IMG/VR virus record: IMGVR_UViG_3300032799_000664
Span: 1-64,000 of that record
Source of the DNA: a virus
Length of the DNA: 64,000 nt
Direction: 5' to 3' (one strand)
In this document: positions 26,876 to 34,893 of the stretch, piece after piece
How positions within the stretch are numbered: the stretch's first letter is position 1
How the letters are laid out: the number at the start of each line of letters is the position of its first letter
Position numbers and translations under genes: made by a program
Notes under the pieces: generated by a model
Seen by the model: the letters and a program-made list of their open reading frames with translations, nothing else
What the model was told of the DNA's origin: nothing
Databases searched by the model: none

Positions 26876-27180
26876 CGGGAGCCCCCTTCCTTGCGGGTGC
26901 GCATGAACAGCACCGTGCCGACGAGCATGTCACCTTCGAGGAGCTGGCTGCGCACGAGCCGCGTGGCCTTGGCGTTGATAGGCCGGGCCTTCATCTTCCC
27001 GTCCTCATCACACCACAGTTCGTTGTACTTTGTGCCGTTGTAGTCGAGCTTGATGGGCACGAGTTGCACCATGTCGCAGTCGAGTAGCGCATACATCTGC
27101 TCGAGAGTGAACTTGCCGCCCTTGCCTTCGCCCTGTACCTCACGGCGGGTGCCGTCCGTTTCGATGATGAGAGCCATCAT
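26872..27180 (-). CDS. DUF3846-like protein
   Basis: TLEQMYALL..DMVQLV...CDEDGKMKARPINAKAT...LVGTVL pattern. Confidence 0.7.
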   Translation of the reverse strand: MMALIIETDGTRREVQGEGKGGKFTLEQMYALLDCDMVQLVPIKLDYNGTKYNELWCDEDGKMKARPINAKATRLVRSQLLEGDMLVGTVLFMRTRKEGGSR

Positions 27181-28043
27181 TTCACCTCCGGGAACTGTTC
27201 GAGCAGCCAACACCCCAGCCAACGCATTTGTTCGATACGTGCGTAGTCCATGGTGTCGTAGTCCATGCCCCACTCGGTGTCGAAGAAGTCGGTGGTCATG
27301 TACTCCTTGAAGTGGTCACAGATATCCGCGTCCGCGTCGGCGTCGAGGTCGTCTGCCGCTTCCTGGACGAGGTTGTAGAGGTCGGTCGTGTTGGCGCAGG
27401 CGTTGGCGAGCAGGGCGTCGACGTTCTGACCGTACTGTCGCCAGTGCGCGAGCAGGGGCGCGTCTGGCTCTTCGGGGTCAGCACCGAACTCGTGTTCATG
27501 CTCCTTGAAGAACGTTACCATCTGCTCACGAGCCTTGCGCGCCTGGAACTCGGCCTTGTGCGTACCCTTGCTGAGCAGGTAATCGGGGTAGGAGTGTCCG
27601 AGCCATTTACCGAACTGCAACACGGTCATCACGTCGCTGGCCTTGTACGTATCGCAGCCACAGTCACCCATGATGTTGACCGCGAAGAGCTGGTTTTCAC
27701 TGTGACCGAGGAGCGTGGCGACGAAGTGGTAGAACCCGGTCTTCTCTTGGCGGAAGCAATAGGACTGGCTGTAGAACGGCGTGATGCGCGTGAAGGCCCA
27801 GTCCTTGGTCGTCTCGAGCAGGTTGTGCAGCTTGGTGCGGTCGGCACATATCTCAGCGAGATGATCGGGTAGCGACAGGACCGGCGTCTCCGTAGACTTC
27901 TCGATGGGGACAAGCTGCCCAACAGTGACTTGCGGCGCGTTGGCTGCTACACGCGTCAGAGACTCCGCGATCTTGTGCACATCCTGCAGCAGCGTTTGTC
28001 CTGCCTTGGATGCAATGAACTTGCCGAGGTGATCGTCGCTCAT
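27177..28043 (-). CDS. hypothetical protein (288 aa)
   Basis: Long coupled ORF. Confidence 0.8.
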   Translation of the reverse strand: MSDDHLGKFIASKAGQTLLQDVHKIAESLTRVAANAPQVTVGQLVPIEKSTETPVLSLPDHLAEICADRTKLHNLLETTKDWAFTRITPFYSQSYCFRQEKTGFYHFVATLLGHSENQLFAVNIMGDCGCDTYKASDVMTVLQFGKWLGHSYPDYLLSKGTHKAEFQARKAREQMVTFFKEHEHEFGADPEEPDAPLLAHWRQYGQNVDALLANACANTTDLYNLVQEAADDLDADADADICDHFKEYMTTDFFDTEWGMDYDTMDYARIEQMRWLGCWLLEQFPEVK

Positions 28044-28444
28044 GGCTTGGTCTCCGCTTCGAAGTCTTGGCGCTCTGACACCGTGGCCATCCAGTTACGC
28101 ATCCGTTCCGGAATGATTCCCGCCGTGATGGCGGCATCGATGACCTGCACCAGCGTCTTTTCGTAGGTAGTCTCGTCTCGGCCAGTCACCTTGGTGATGT
28201 CGCCGCCGTGCAAGAACAGAGCATATGCCTTGGCGCCCATGCGCTGTGCCACGACCGCCTCGAGCGCCTTGAGCCGATTGGCGAAGTCGCAGTCCTCGCA
28301 GTGCTCATTGGTGATGTGCAGCTGCAGGTAGTGAAGCCGCTGGCGGGCACCGGCAGGGTTGTCGTCGGTATTCTGGGCGAAGCGAACGGTGGCAATACAG
28401 TACCCCGCACGAAATATGTCACTCAGCTTCTCTCTCGAGAGCAC
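28040..28444 (-). CDS. hypothetical protein
   Basis: GGAGG RBS, GTG start. Confidence 0.65.
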   Translation of the reverse strand: MLSREKLSDIFRAGYCIATVRFAQNTDDNPAGARQRLHYLQLHITNEHCEDCDFANRLKALEAVVAQRMGAKAYALFLHGGDITKVTGRDETTYEKTLVQVIDAAITAGIIPERMRNWMATVSERQDFEAETKP

Positions 28445-28449
28445 TGGGA

Positions 28450-29205
28450 TTACCTCCGATGAAGAGGTGTTTCAAGGACTGCCGCGATAGACCAGTTGAG
28501 ACGCTTACGCCGGCTGTAGAGAGTGGCAGATTTGAAATGAAGACGACGCGCCCAACCCGCTAAGGTCAAGCGCACGTCTCGATACTCTACGTAGATTCCG
28601 CGCCGTGTATTGAAGCGCTGTTGTTGCTGCGTAGCCCAACGACAATTTTCGCGACTGTACGGTCCATCGTTGTTTCGTCGATCAAGCGTTGTATTTATTT
28701 CACCGTGACGGTGCACGTGGCGCAAGTAGCTTCGATACATGTCACGTTTGAACATTGTGAAACTGGTCCAAAGAACGTGTATCCCGCGTCCACCGTAGTT
28801 CTTGTAGGTCGAGTGCCGAGGATTGGTACAGCGAGTTTGCATGCTGGACCAAATACGCCAGAAACGAGTTTGACTCAACCCGTGTCGACGAGCACGGCGT
28901 CCTGTTTCTTCTCGTTGAAGACAGCCACAACTACGTGTGCAACTGTGTCGCAGATGTGCTCCTTGTACCCGTCGCAGAGTGCCGCAGCGACAACGACATT
29001 CCCAGTAGTACTGACCTGAGCCCCGTGCTTTGCCACAACAACGAAGCACGTACCAACGTCCGAAACGTCGACCGGTGAGGTCTTGAAATCGATGTGCTTT
29101 ACCTAGTGGTGTACCAAGGTGCGTTGGGATCAGTGCGGCCTTGTTGATTCTTGCGCATCTCTTTATAGATTTCTTCCCTCCGCTGCGGCGAGATGTAGCT
29201 CTCAT
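28450..29205 (-). CDS. free-standing HNH homing endonuclease
   Basis: DLTGRRFGRW...WECRCRCG...SCGCL...WSSMQTRC...YGGRGI...TLDRRNNDGPYSRENCRWAT; lower GC than flanks. Confidence 0.9.
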   Translation of the reverse strand: MRATSRRSGGKKSIKRCARINKAALIPTHLGTPLGKAHRFQDLTGRRFGRWYVLRCCGKARGSGQYYWECRCRCGTLRRVQGAHLRHSCTRSCGCLQREETGRRARRHGLSQTRFWRIWSSMQTRCTNPRHSTYKNYGGRGIHVLWTSFTMFKRDMYRSYLRHVHRHGEINTTLDRRNNDGPYSRENCRWATQQQQRFNTRRGIYVEYRDVRLTLAGWARRLHFKSATLYSRRKRLNWSIAAVLETPLHRR

Positions 29206-29647
29206 CGCACAGTGCTCCTAGATCCCAGCGAAGCGCCCGGCTAGTAGTGACACTCCAGCCATACGTACCGTGGTCCGTGACGCGTTGACTCTGTACGTCA
29301 TACGTCAGTATACACGTCCCGTGATAGTAGAAGCGGATGCGCCGAGTATAGCGGAGGCAGGGGTACTTCGCGATCTCCGCTTCCGTCGCAGACCCTTGGC
29401 TACTGAAGAGATGATCTGGTGGACGAGCTTCGCTGACAGCGTTACAAGCCAGCAACAGGGCGCACATTGCACATTTCTGGATGTCGGGATAGCCGTCCTG
29501 GGGCCACAGTGGCTCATCTATCTCGATGCGGTGGTTACCGTTGCTGCAGTGACCGTTCTGACTCCGTAGCGCTTTGCGCAAATCGCGCGTGCGCGGGGCT
29601 TCGCGCGGTTGGCGATAGCCCGCGTAGTACGACGCGGTGTTGAACAT
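29099..29647 (-). CDS. hypothetical protein with internal CxxCxxxLxC motif
   Basis: AGGAG RBS before MFNTASY; KCAMCALLLAC. Confidence 0.65.
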   Translation of the reverse strand: MFNTASYYAGYRQPREAPRTRDLRKALRSQNGHCSNGNHRIEIDEPLWPQDGYPDIQKCAMCALLLACNAVSEARPPDHLFSSQGSATEAEIAKYPCLRYTRRIRFYYHGTCILTYDVQSQRVTDHGTYGWSVTTSRALRWDLGALCDESYISPQRREEIYKEMRKNQQGRTDPNAPWYTTR

Positions 29648-29678
29648 TGGAGTCTCCTGGGAGAGGGGAGAGGGAGGA

Positions 29679-30350
29679 CTAGGCCTCAAGAGCGCGGACG
29701 ACGTGCAGCGCCATGTAAGCGTCGGCGAGCGCGGTGTGCGCCGCGCCGAACTTCAGGTGCAGCTCGTCACGGGCGGCCGGCGTCAGGACCTCTTCAGCGA
29801 TGGCTCCGAGCTTGTAGCCCTTGCGGCTGCGCCCGGCCCGCACGTCGAGGTAGCGGCATACCCCGATGAGATCGATGATGTGATAGTGCATAGGCCAGCC
29901 GTGACCTTTCAGCGGATGGTCGCGCAGCTGCGTCCATTTCTGGACGTTGAGTTTCAGCGATAACGTCATCAGATACTCACACCACAGCCGCTTGAGGAAG
30001 CCCACATCGAAGCCGACGTTCCAGCCGACGGCGATGACCTGCTTCGGGATTCCATCTTCGGCGAAGTGCTGGGCCAGCCAGTCGAAGAAGCGCTTCCAGG
30101 CTTCGTGCGGCTGGGGCGAAGCCAGGTAGGTCGCCGACGCCGGGTCCACCGCCCAGCCGTGACCGTTGATCTGGATGGCGGTGCCGTCGATGATGGCGCT
30201 TGGTCCGGGGCGAATGTAGCTGTGGAAGACCGCCTCGGGCACCAACTCGAACTTGTCGTCGAGGACTGCGGCTCCGATTTCGAGACAGGCGTGCCGGTTG
30301 GGGTCAAGCCCGGTGGTCTCCGTGTCGACGAGCAAGTAGCGCTGGGTCAT
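29679..30350 (-). CDS. DEDDh 3'-5' exonuclease (DnaQ-like)
   Basis: VDTETTGLD, GWNVGFD and HTALADA motifs. Confidence 0.9.
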   Translation of the reverse strand: MTQRYLLVDTETTGLDPNRHACLEIGAAVLDDKFELVPEAVFHSYIRPGPSAIIDGTAIQINGHGWAVDPASATYLASPQPHEAWKRFFDWLAQHFAEDGIPKQVIAVGWNVGFDVGFLKRLWCEYLMTLSLKLNVQKWTQLRDHPLKGHGWPMHYHIIDLIGVCRYLDVRAGRSRKGYKLGAIAEEVLTPAARDELHLKFGAAHTALADAYMALHVVRALEA

Positions 30351-30368
30351 GAAGGAGTCCTTTCTGTC

Positions 30369-31145
30369 TCAGTGATCGAGGCCATCCAGCAGGTCGTGGA
30401 CGACTCCGCGCAAGTCTTCGAGGGTGCCGTTATTCTCGATGATGCCGTCGACCGCGTCGTCCGGCACGCTACGTTGTTCCAGCTCGGACTGGTGGTTGGG
30501 AATGCCCGGCGCTAGCAGCGCCATAGCGTGTTTCCGCTTCATCCGGAAGACACGACCGCCGGCGTCGTGGATGCCGGCGATCTCGTTCTTCATGCGGACG
30601 TCGTTGATGACAACGTGCAGGGGGGCGTTGTCGAGGGAGTGCTGACGCCAGCGTTGGGCCATGACCACCGGCGGTAGGACGACCGCCAGTGGATCGGCTA
30701 GCGTGGTGCGGTACTCCCGCACAGCCGCGGCACGCTGCAGCGCGAATGTTACGTAGGCGTCAGCTCGGAAGCGCCGTGCCCAATCGCCCAGGTGCTGGAG
30801 CACGTAGCGTGGCGAAACGGGGACCATGACCTGCTCGAGGGGCGCTGCAGTCTTGCAGAAGGCGCAGACCCGCCAGGTAGCCGTGCCGATGTCGACCCCA
30901 TCTGGATCGCGGATGCCTTCGGTACGGCCGCACGTGGGACACTTCGGGAACTTGAAGCGTTCATCGAGTTCAGCGCGCCGTGCACTGGCGCCCCACAGGA
31001 CTTCAGCGTCCCAGCTGAACATCCAGCGAGCGTAGACCTTCATCGGGTCGGCAAAGGCGATGATGTAGCTACGCCCCTCTTGTACCAGAATCCGAGCGAC
31101 CTCGTCCTTGCCGGTGCCAGCCTCGCCGAGGATGCCGAGCAGCAC
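30369..31145 (-). CDS. deoxynucleoside monophosphate kinase
   Basis: GEAGTGKD P-loop, FADPMK, RYVLQHLG, DVRMKNE and HQSE motifs. Confidence 0.85.
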   Translation of the reverse strand: MLLGILGEAGTGKDEVARILVQEGRSYIIAFADPMKVYARWMFSWDAEVLWGASARRAELDERFKFPKCPTCGRTEGIRDPDGVDIGTATWRVCAFCKTAAPLEQVMVPVSPRYVLQHLGDWARRFRADAYVTFALQRAAAVREYRTTLADPLAVVLPPVVMAQRWRQHSLDNAPLHVVINDVRMKNEIAGIHDAGGRVFRMKRKHAMALLAPGIPNHQSELEQRSVPDDAVDGIIENNGTLEDLRGVVHDLLDGLDH

Positions 31146-31147
31146 GA

Positions 31148-31405
31148 CTACTTCTTCCCCGTCTTCGTCTTCATCGGGGTCTCCTCTTCCTTCTTCGCAA
31201 GGGGCAGGCCATCAGGACCGTAGAGCTGACCTTCGACGTCGAAGTTGACGATCACCTCTTCGTCCTTGGTGAGCCCGAGCGGCATGCCGGCCTTCATGCG
31301 GGCCTGGACGATGGCCAGTGCCCCCTCGTTCGAGAACTCCTCGTTGTTGCTCTCGACTTCGTAGACTTCGACGTGGTTCTTGACGATCTTCACGATCTTC
31401 TTCAT
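31148..31405 (-). CDS. hypothetical protein
   Basis: GGAGG RBS. Confidence 0.65.
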   Translation of the reverse strand: MKKIVKIVKNHVEVYEVESNNEEFSNEGALAIVQARMKAGMPLGLTKDEEVIVNFDVEGQLYGPDGLPLAKKEEETPMKTKTGKK

Positions 31406-31635
31406 ACGCGCCTCCCGCGTTCAGTGATCCGCCATTGACGACCGTCGTCGCTCCAGACCCGGTGCTGGCTCTTGAGCGTCATGAGTGTGCGATGGACCTC
31501 AGCGAGTCGCTGAGTCTCCCGCTGAAACGTGCTGTAGACCGGTGGCGGAAAGACGCGAGCATAGACCCCTGCGGTACTGGCCGAACCGCCACTCGCCAGA
31601 GCTTGCAGCACCTTCCCGGAAAGGTCCTCAGCCAC
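31402..31635 (-). CDS. small winged-helix-like protein
   Basis: VLQALASGG...WRITERGR pattern; start uncertain. Confidence 0.45.
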   Translation of the reverse strand: MAEDLSGKVLQALASGGSASTAGVYARVFPPPVYSTFQRETQRLAEVHRTLMTLKSQHRVWSDDGRQWRITERGRRV

Positions 31636-32239
31636 GGTTGAAGTACTCCCCCGCCTGTTTCGCGTACTGGTCGAAGGCGACGGGACCCCCATCCTCCGGC
31701 GGGAAGCAGATCCGCAGATTGTGGAAGGTCCGCCCCAGAGCGTAGGATGTTTGCGGGTTGCTGAGCCCGAGTTGGTGCTTCTTCATGGTCACGTAGCGTA
31801 CGAAGACTTCAGCGAAAGGCGCCGCGGCGAGAATGCTGGCTTCGTTGAGGCGAGTGGTGGCTGCGGCAGCTACCACCGGCGCCACCACCGGCGTCTTCTT
31901 TTTGGTCTCGACCTGCAGGTCTTCACCGCCCAGGTCGGCCAGTTCATCGAACTGCTCTCCACCGTTGGGATACTCGCTGCGCAGGTTGAGGACCCCGAGA
32001 GCGACGCCGAAGGCCCGATGTGCCAAAGGCACGTCGACATGTGAGCCGACGTAGTTGACGAGGATGTCGCCGAAGTCACACGCCTCGTGGGCCAGTTCCT
32101 GTTCGTAGAGCGCTTGCTGACGCTCGGGGTTCGCGGTTTGGCCCGGCATGACCTTGACGTCTGCGCTTTTGCTGACCCCAAGAAAATTCTTGGCCAGGTC
32201 GTCCATCGTGGGCAGCTTCGTAGGTGGCTTCGTAGTCAT
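31628..32239 (-). CDS. hypothetical protein with internally duplicated ~55-aa domain
   Basis: Two copies of F...V.YV...ALG...NLR...P..GG...FD..A...GE. Confidence 0.75.
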   Translation of the reverse strand: MTTKPPTKLPTMDDLAKNFLGVSKSADVKVMPGQTANPERQQALYEQELAHEACDFGDILVNYVGSHVDVPLAHRAFGVALGVLNLRSEYPNGGEQFDELADLGGEDLQVETKKKTPVVAPVVAAAATTRLNEASILAAAPFAEVFVRYVTMKKHQLGLSNPQTSYALGRTFHNLRICFPPEDGGPVAFDQYAKQAGEYFNRG

Positions 32240-32680
32240 GGAGTCCTCTTCGCGGCTTCACGCCGCTTCCACGCTTCCTGCAGGCTCTGTTGCGCCGTAT
32301 CCCAGTTGATGCCGCGCAGGAGATTGACGATGGGCTGGCAGCGCTTCACACATCGCCGCATGTAAAGGACGCATACCGAGGCGTAGCGATGATCACCCCG
32401 CTTGGCACAGCGCACCGACGTACTCAGCACGCGCAGTAGAGCGTCCTCGGCGCGCTGCCGTACCGCTGCTGACACTGCGAACGGCGCGTGGTAGGCGCAG
32501 TAGAACTTCAGCAGTTCAGCTTCGACCTCATGCAGTCGTTGGTCAGTGGCTTCGACTTCACCGGCGTCGTTGAACGGGCGCTGGTACTCGACCGTCGCCG
32601 CCGGGAGTCCGCAGGTATCGCAGTGCGGACTCAGAACTTCGAGCTCGAAGTCCGTCAGGGGACGCGCAGGGAAACGTAGC
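32236..32680 (-). CDS. hypothetical Cys-rich protein, start uncertain
   Basis: CDTC...CAYH; no clear start codon. Confidence 0.4.
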
Positions 32681-32681
32681 C

Positions 32682-32969
32682 CTACCCAGGCGTAGGCAGC
32701 TTCTGCTGGGTGCGCTTCCGCGCCACCAGGTCCTCGTTGGTTGGACGAACGAACGGGCATGCGCTCACGACCTGTCCCTTCTTGACGATGAACGGTTTCG
32801 CCAGCGCTTTCGATGCTACGCGCTCGACTCCCAGCGGAAAGACCTGGCCCGGTCCCTCCTGGAACGGATAGACCGAGCGTTTTGCACACCAGCCCATCTC
32901 GGTATCCTTCCCTCCGGAGCCCAACAGCGGATCGTAGAAGGCGCAACGGCCACACGGCGTGTCGTTCAT
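32682..32969 (-). CDS. small Cys-containing protein
   Basis: AAGGAG RBS; CGRC...WC...C. Confidence 0.65.
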   Translation of the reverse strand: MNDTPCGRCAFYDPLLGSGGKDTEMGWCAKRSVYPFQEGPGQVFPLGVERVASKALAKPFIVKKGQVVSACPFVRPTNEDLVARKRTQQKLPTPG

Positions 32970-33009
32970 CGGAGACTCCTTGGTTCGGTTGCATGATGTA
33001 TAGCTCAGG

Positions 33010-33498
33010 TTACGGAAGCAATGGCCTCAAGCCTAACTCGGCGAGCCGGTCTTTGAAGAGGCGATCACGCCGGCATTCCTGGAGCAGGGCTTGCACCAAT
33101 CGGCGAAAGCCATCAGCAGAGCCTTGCGCAGTGGAGCACCACAACACGCGCTCAGCATCGAACAACACGAAACCCAGTGGCTTGGCTTCAGCCCGGGTCG
33201 CCTGGGTGAAGCCAGCTTCGCGGAGCACCTGGTCAACGGCCGGGTTCTGGGCTACGCGTAGCAGTACGTGCACCGCGGCGTCTGCGTTGATGGCGTCGAG
33301 CACCAATAGGGTATAGTCCTGCCCTGGTGCCCGCAGCATGAATGGTACGGCCTGCTTCAGATCTTGATCGAGCGGGTGATCACTGGACGCGGTGCCGATA
33401 ACGACTTCATCAGCGTTGGCGGGTTCTTCACGAACCGGTCGCCGCTTCCACGGATCCGATTGTCCCGGCGGAATCTTCGGTTTTGCTTTCCGCGCCAT
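33010..33498 (-). CDS. hypothetical protein
   Basis: 162-aa ORF. Confidence 0.6.
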   Translation of the reverse strand: MARKAKPKIPPGQSDPWKRRPVREEPANADEVVIGTASSDHPLDQDLKQAVPFMLRAPGQDYTLLVLDAINADAAVHVLLRVAQNPAVDQVLREAGFTQATRAEAKPLGFVLFDAERVLWCSTAQGSADGFRRLVQALLQECRRDRLFKDRLAELGLRPLLP

Positions 33499-33500
33499 GC

Positions 33501-33764
33501 TTATCCCGGGATGGTGAGCTTTGCCGCCCGGCGACCGGTGAGCTGAGGGTCTTCACAATCGACGTGGACGAACTCCAGGTCGGTCCCCAGCATGATGCCG
33601 CGTTCGGTGATGCGCGTCGGATTGTAGGCGTGAGGATCGATCAGGATGTACGCACCCATGACCCGATCACCTACGTGAAACTTGCGCCGACAGCGTGCAC
33701 AGGTATCGTCGGGAACACGCTTCTGCACTAGCTGTTCTTCGGCGGGCGTCAGTCCCATTCCCAA
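33501..33764 (-). CDS. small Zn-finger-like protein
   Basis: CARC...HVDC; GGAGG RBS. Confidence 0.6.
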   Translation of the reverse strand: MGMGLTPAEEQLVQKRVPDDTCARCRRKFHVGDRVMGAYILIDPHAYNPTRITERGIMLGTDLEFVHVDCEDPQLTGRRAAKLTIPG

Positions 33765-34420
33765 CCTCCACCTACGATCTTACGGCGACAAGACAGGATC
33801 GCCGAGACGGGACCATAGCTGCGCCGATGGTACGGCGTCACGCCGAAGCGACGCAAGGCCGTCAGATGCGTCTCCGTAGGGTAGCCATGATTCCGGTTCC
33901 AGCCGTACTGCGGGAACTCCAGGTGTAGTCGCTGGATGGCTTCGAGCTGCGCACTCTTGGCTAACACGGATGCCGCGCTGACTTGCCAGACGGTGACGTC
34001 AGCACGTGGAATCGCGTCGTATTCGAAGTTGCACTCGCCGAACCGAACATGGCCATCGACAATGACTCTGTAGGCAACGGTGTCGCTGTGCAGAAAGCGC
34101 AACCGTTCCAACAGCCGCCTGACCACCATCTGCAACGCCTGGAACTTCGCTTGCTCTGGCCCCTGCCCATCGATAGTCGGTGCTGAGATGCGTTGAATCT
34201 CGTAGCCACAACAGTCGCCGGCCACCGTCTGTGCCATTGGCACGAGCAGCTCGTCCGGCAACTTCTTTGAATCCTTCACCGGCACGAGTCGACCTTTGGG
34301 CGTAGTGACCGTCGGTCGAGCTTGACCTTCGCGGAAAGCTACGGCGGCGGCGACGAGCGGGCCAGCGATGCAGCCATAGCCCGCCTCGTCGACGCCGATG
34401 ATGAAGCGCGGCAGATCCAC
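33749..34420 (-). CDS. rnhB: ribonuclease HII
   Basis: GVDEAGYG.IAGPLVAAA, KDSKKL, VDG, SAASVLAK, HGYPT..H and HRRSY motifs. Confidence 0.93.
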   Translation of the reverse strand: MDLPRFIIGVDEAGYGCIAGPLVAAAVAFREGQARPTVTTPKGRLVPVKDSKKLPDELLVPMAQTVAGDCCGYEIQRISAPTIDGQGPEQAKFQALQMVVRRLLERLRFLHSDTVAYRVIVDGHVRFGECNFEYDAIPRADVTVWQVSAASVLAKSAQLEAIQRLHLEFPQYGWNRNHGYPTETHLTALRRFGVTPYHRRSYGPVSAILSCRRKIVGGGWEWD

Positions 34421-34887
34421 TACGCGCTCTTCCCCCGCTTCTTCGACGCCGGCTTCTTCGGCGTCTTCTTCGCCGCCACCGGCTTGGCGGGGATCTTGTA
34501 GCTCCGCCCACAGCAGCTGCGGCGGTCACCAGGCATGCCCACGAGGCGTGCGTGGCACGAGTTGCAGACGATGACGCGGGAACCCTTCGGACGTGGCATT
34601 GCTCTCTCCTTGGCCAGACGGACCAGCACCGGCGGGAAGCGCACAGGTGCGATAGCGAGTAGTTTGGGAAGCGTCAGCTTGAACGCCAGCGCTAACTGGT
34701 AGAGCTGGGCGTAGGTTGCCAGGCTGTGGCCGTACTCGATCGCTGCGTACTGCGATCGTGAGCAGATCATCTGTACGGCCACCTGGCGTTGACTCCAGCC
34801 CCGTCGCAAGCGGAGCTTGCGCAGACCTTTCGCCCAGAGGCGATAGGCCGCCCAGGCGGCATTCCAAGCGCGCTTCTTGTAGTTCAT
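34420..34887 (-). CDS. XRE-family HTH protein with C-terminal Cys/basic extension
   Basis: LRLRRGWSQRQVA...SRSQYAAIEYG; an internal in-frame MPRPKG start with AAGGAG may be a second small gene. Confidence 0.75.
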   Translation of the reverse strand: MNYKKRAWNAAWAAYRLWAKGLRKLRLRRGWSQRQVAVQMICSRSQYAAIEYGHSLATYAQLYQLALAFKLTLPKLLAIAPVRFPPVLVRLAKERAMPRPKGSRVIVCNSCHARLVGMPGDRRSCCGRSYKIPAKPVAAKKTPKKPASKKRGKSA

Positions 34888-34893
34888 GCGTAC

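Noticed and set aside
29099-29647. Eighteenth family member (KCAMCALLLAC)
   Set aside because: The motif is internal, lacks the Pro and lacks the later CxxC pairs; at most distantly related.
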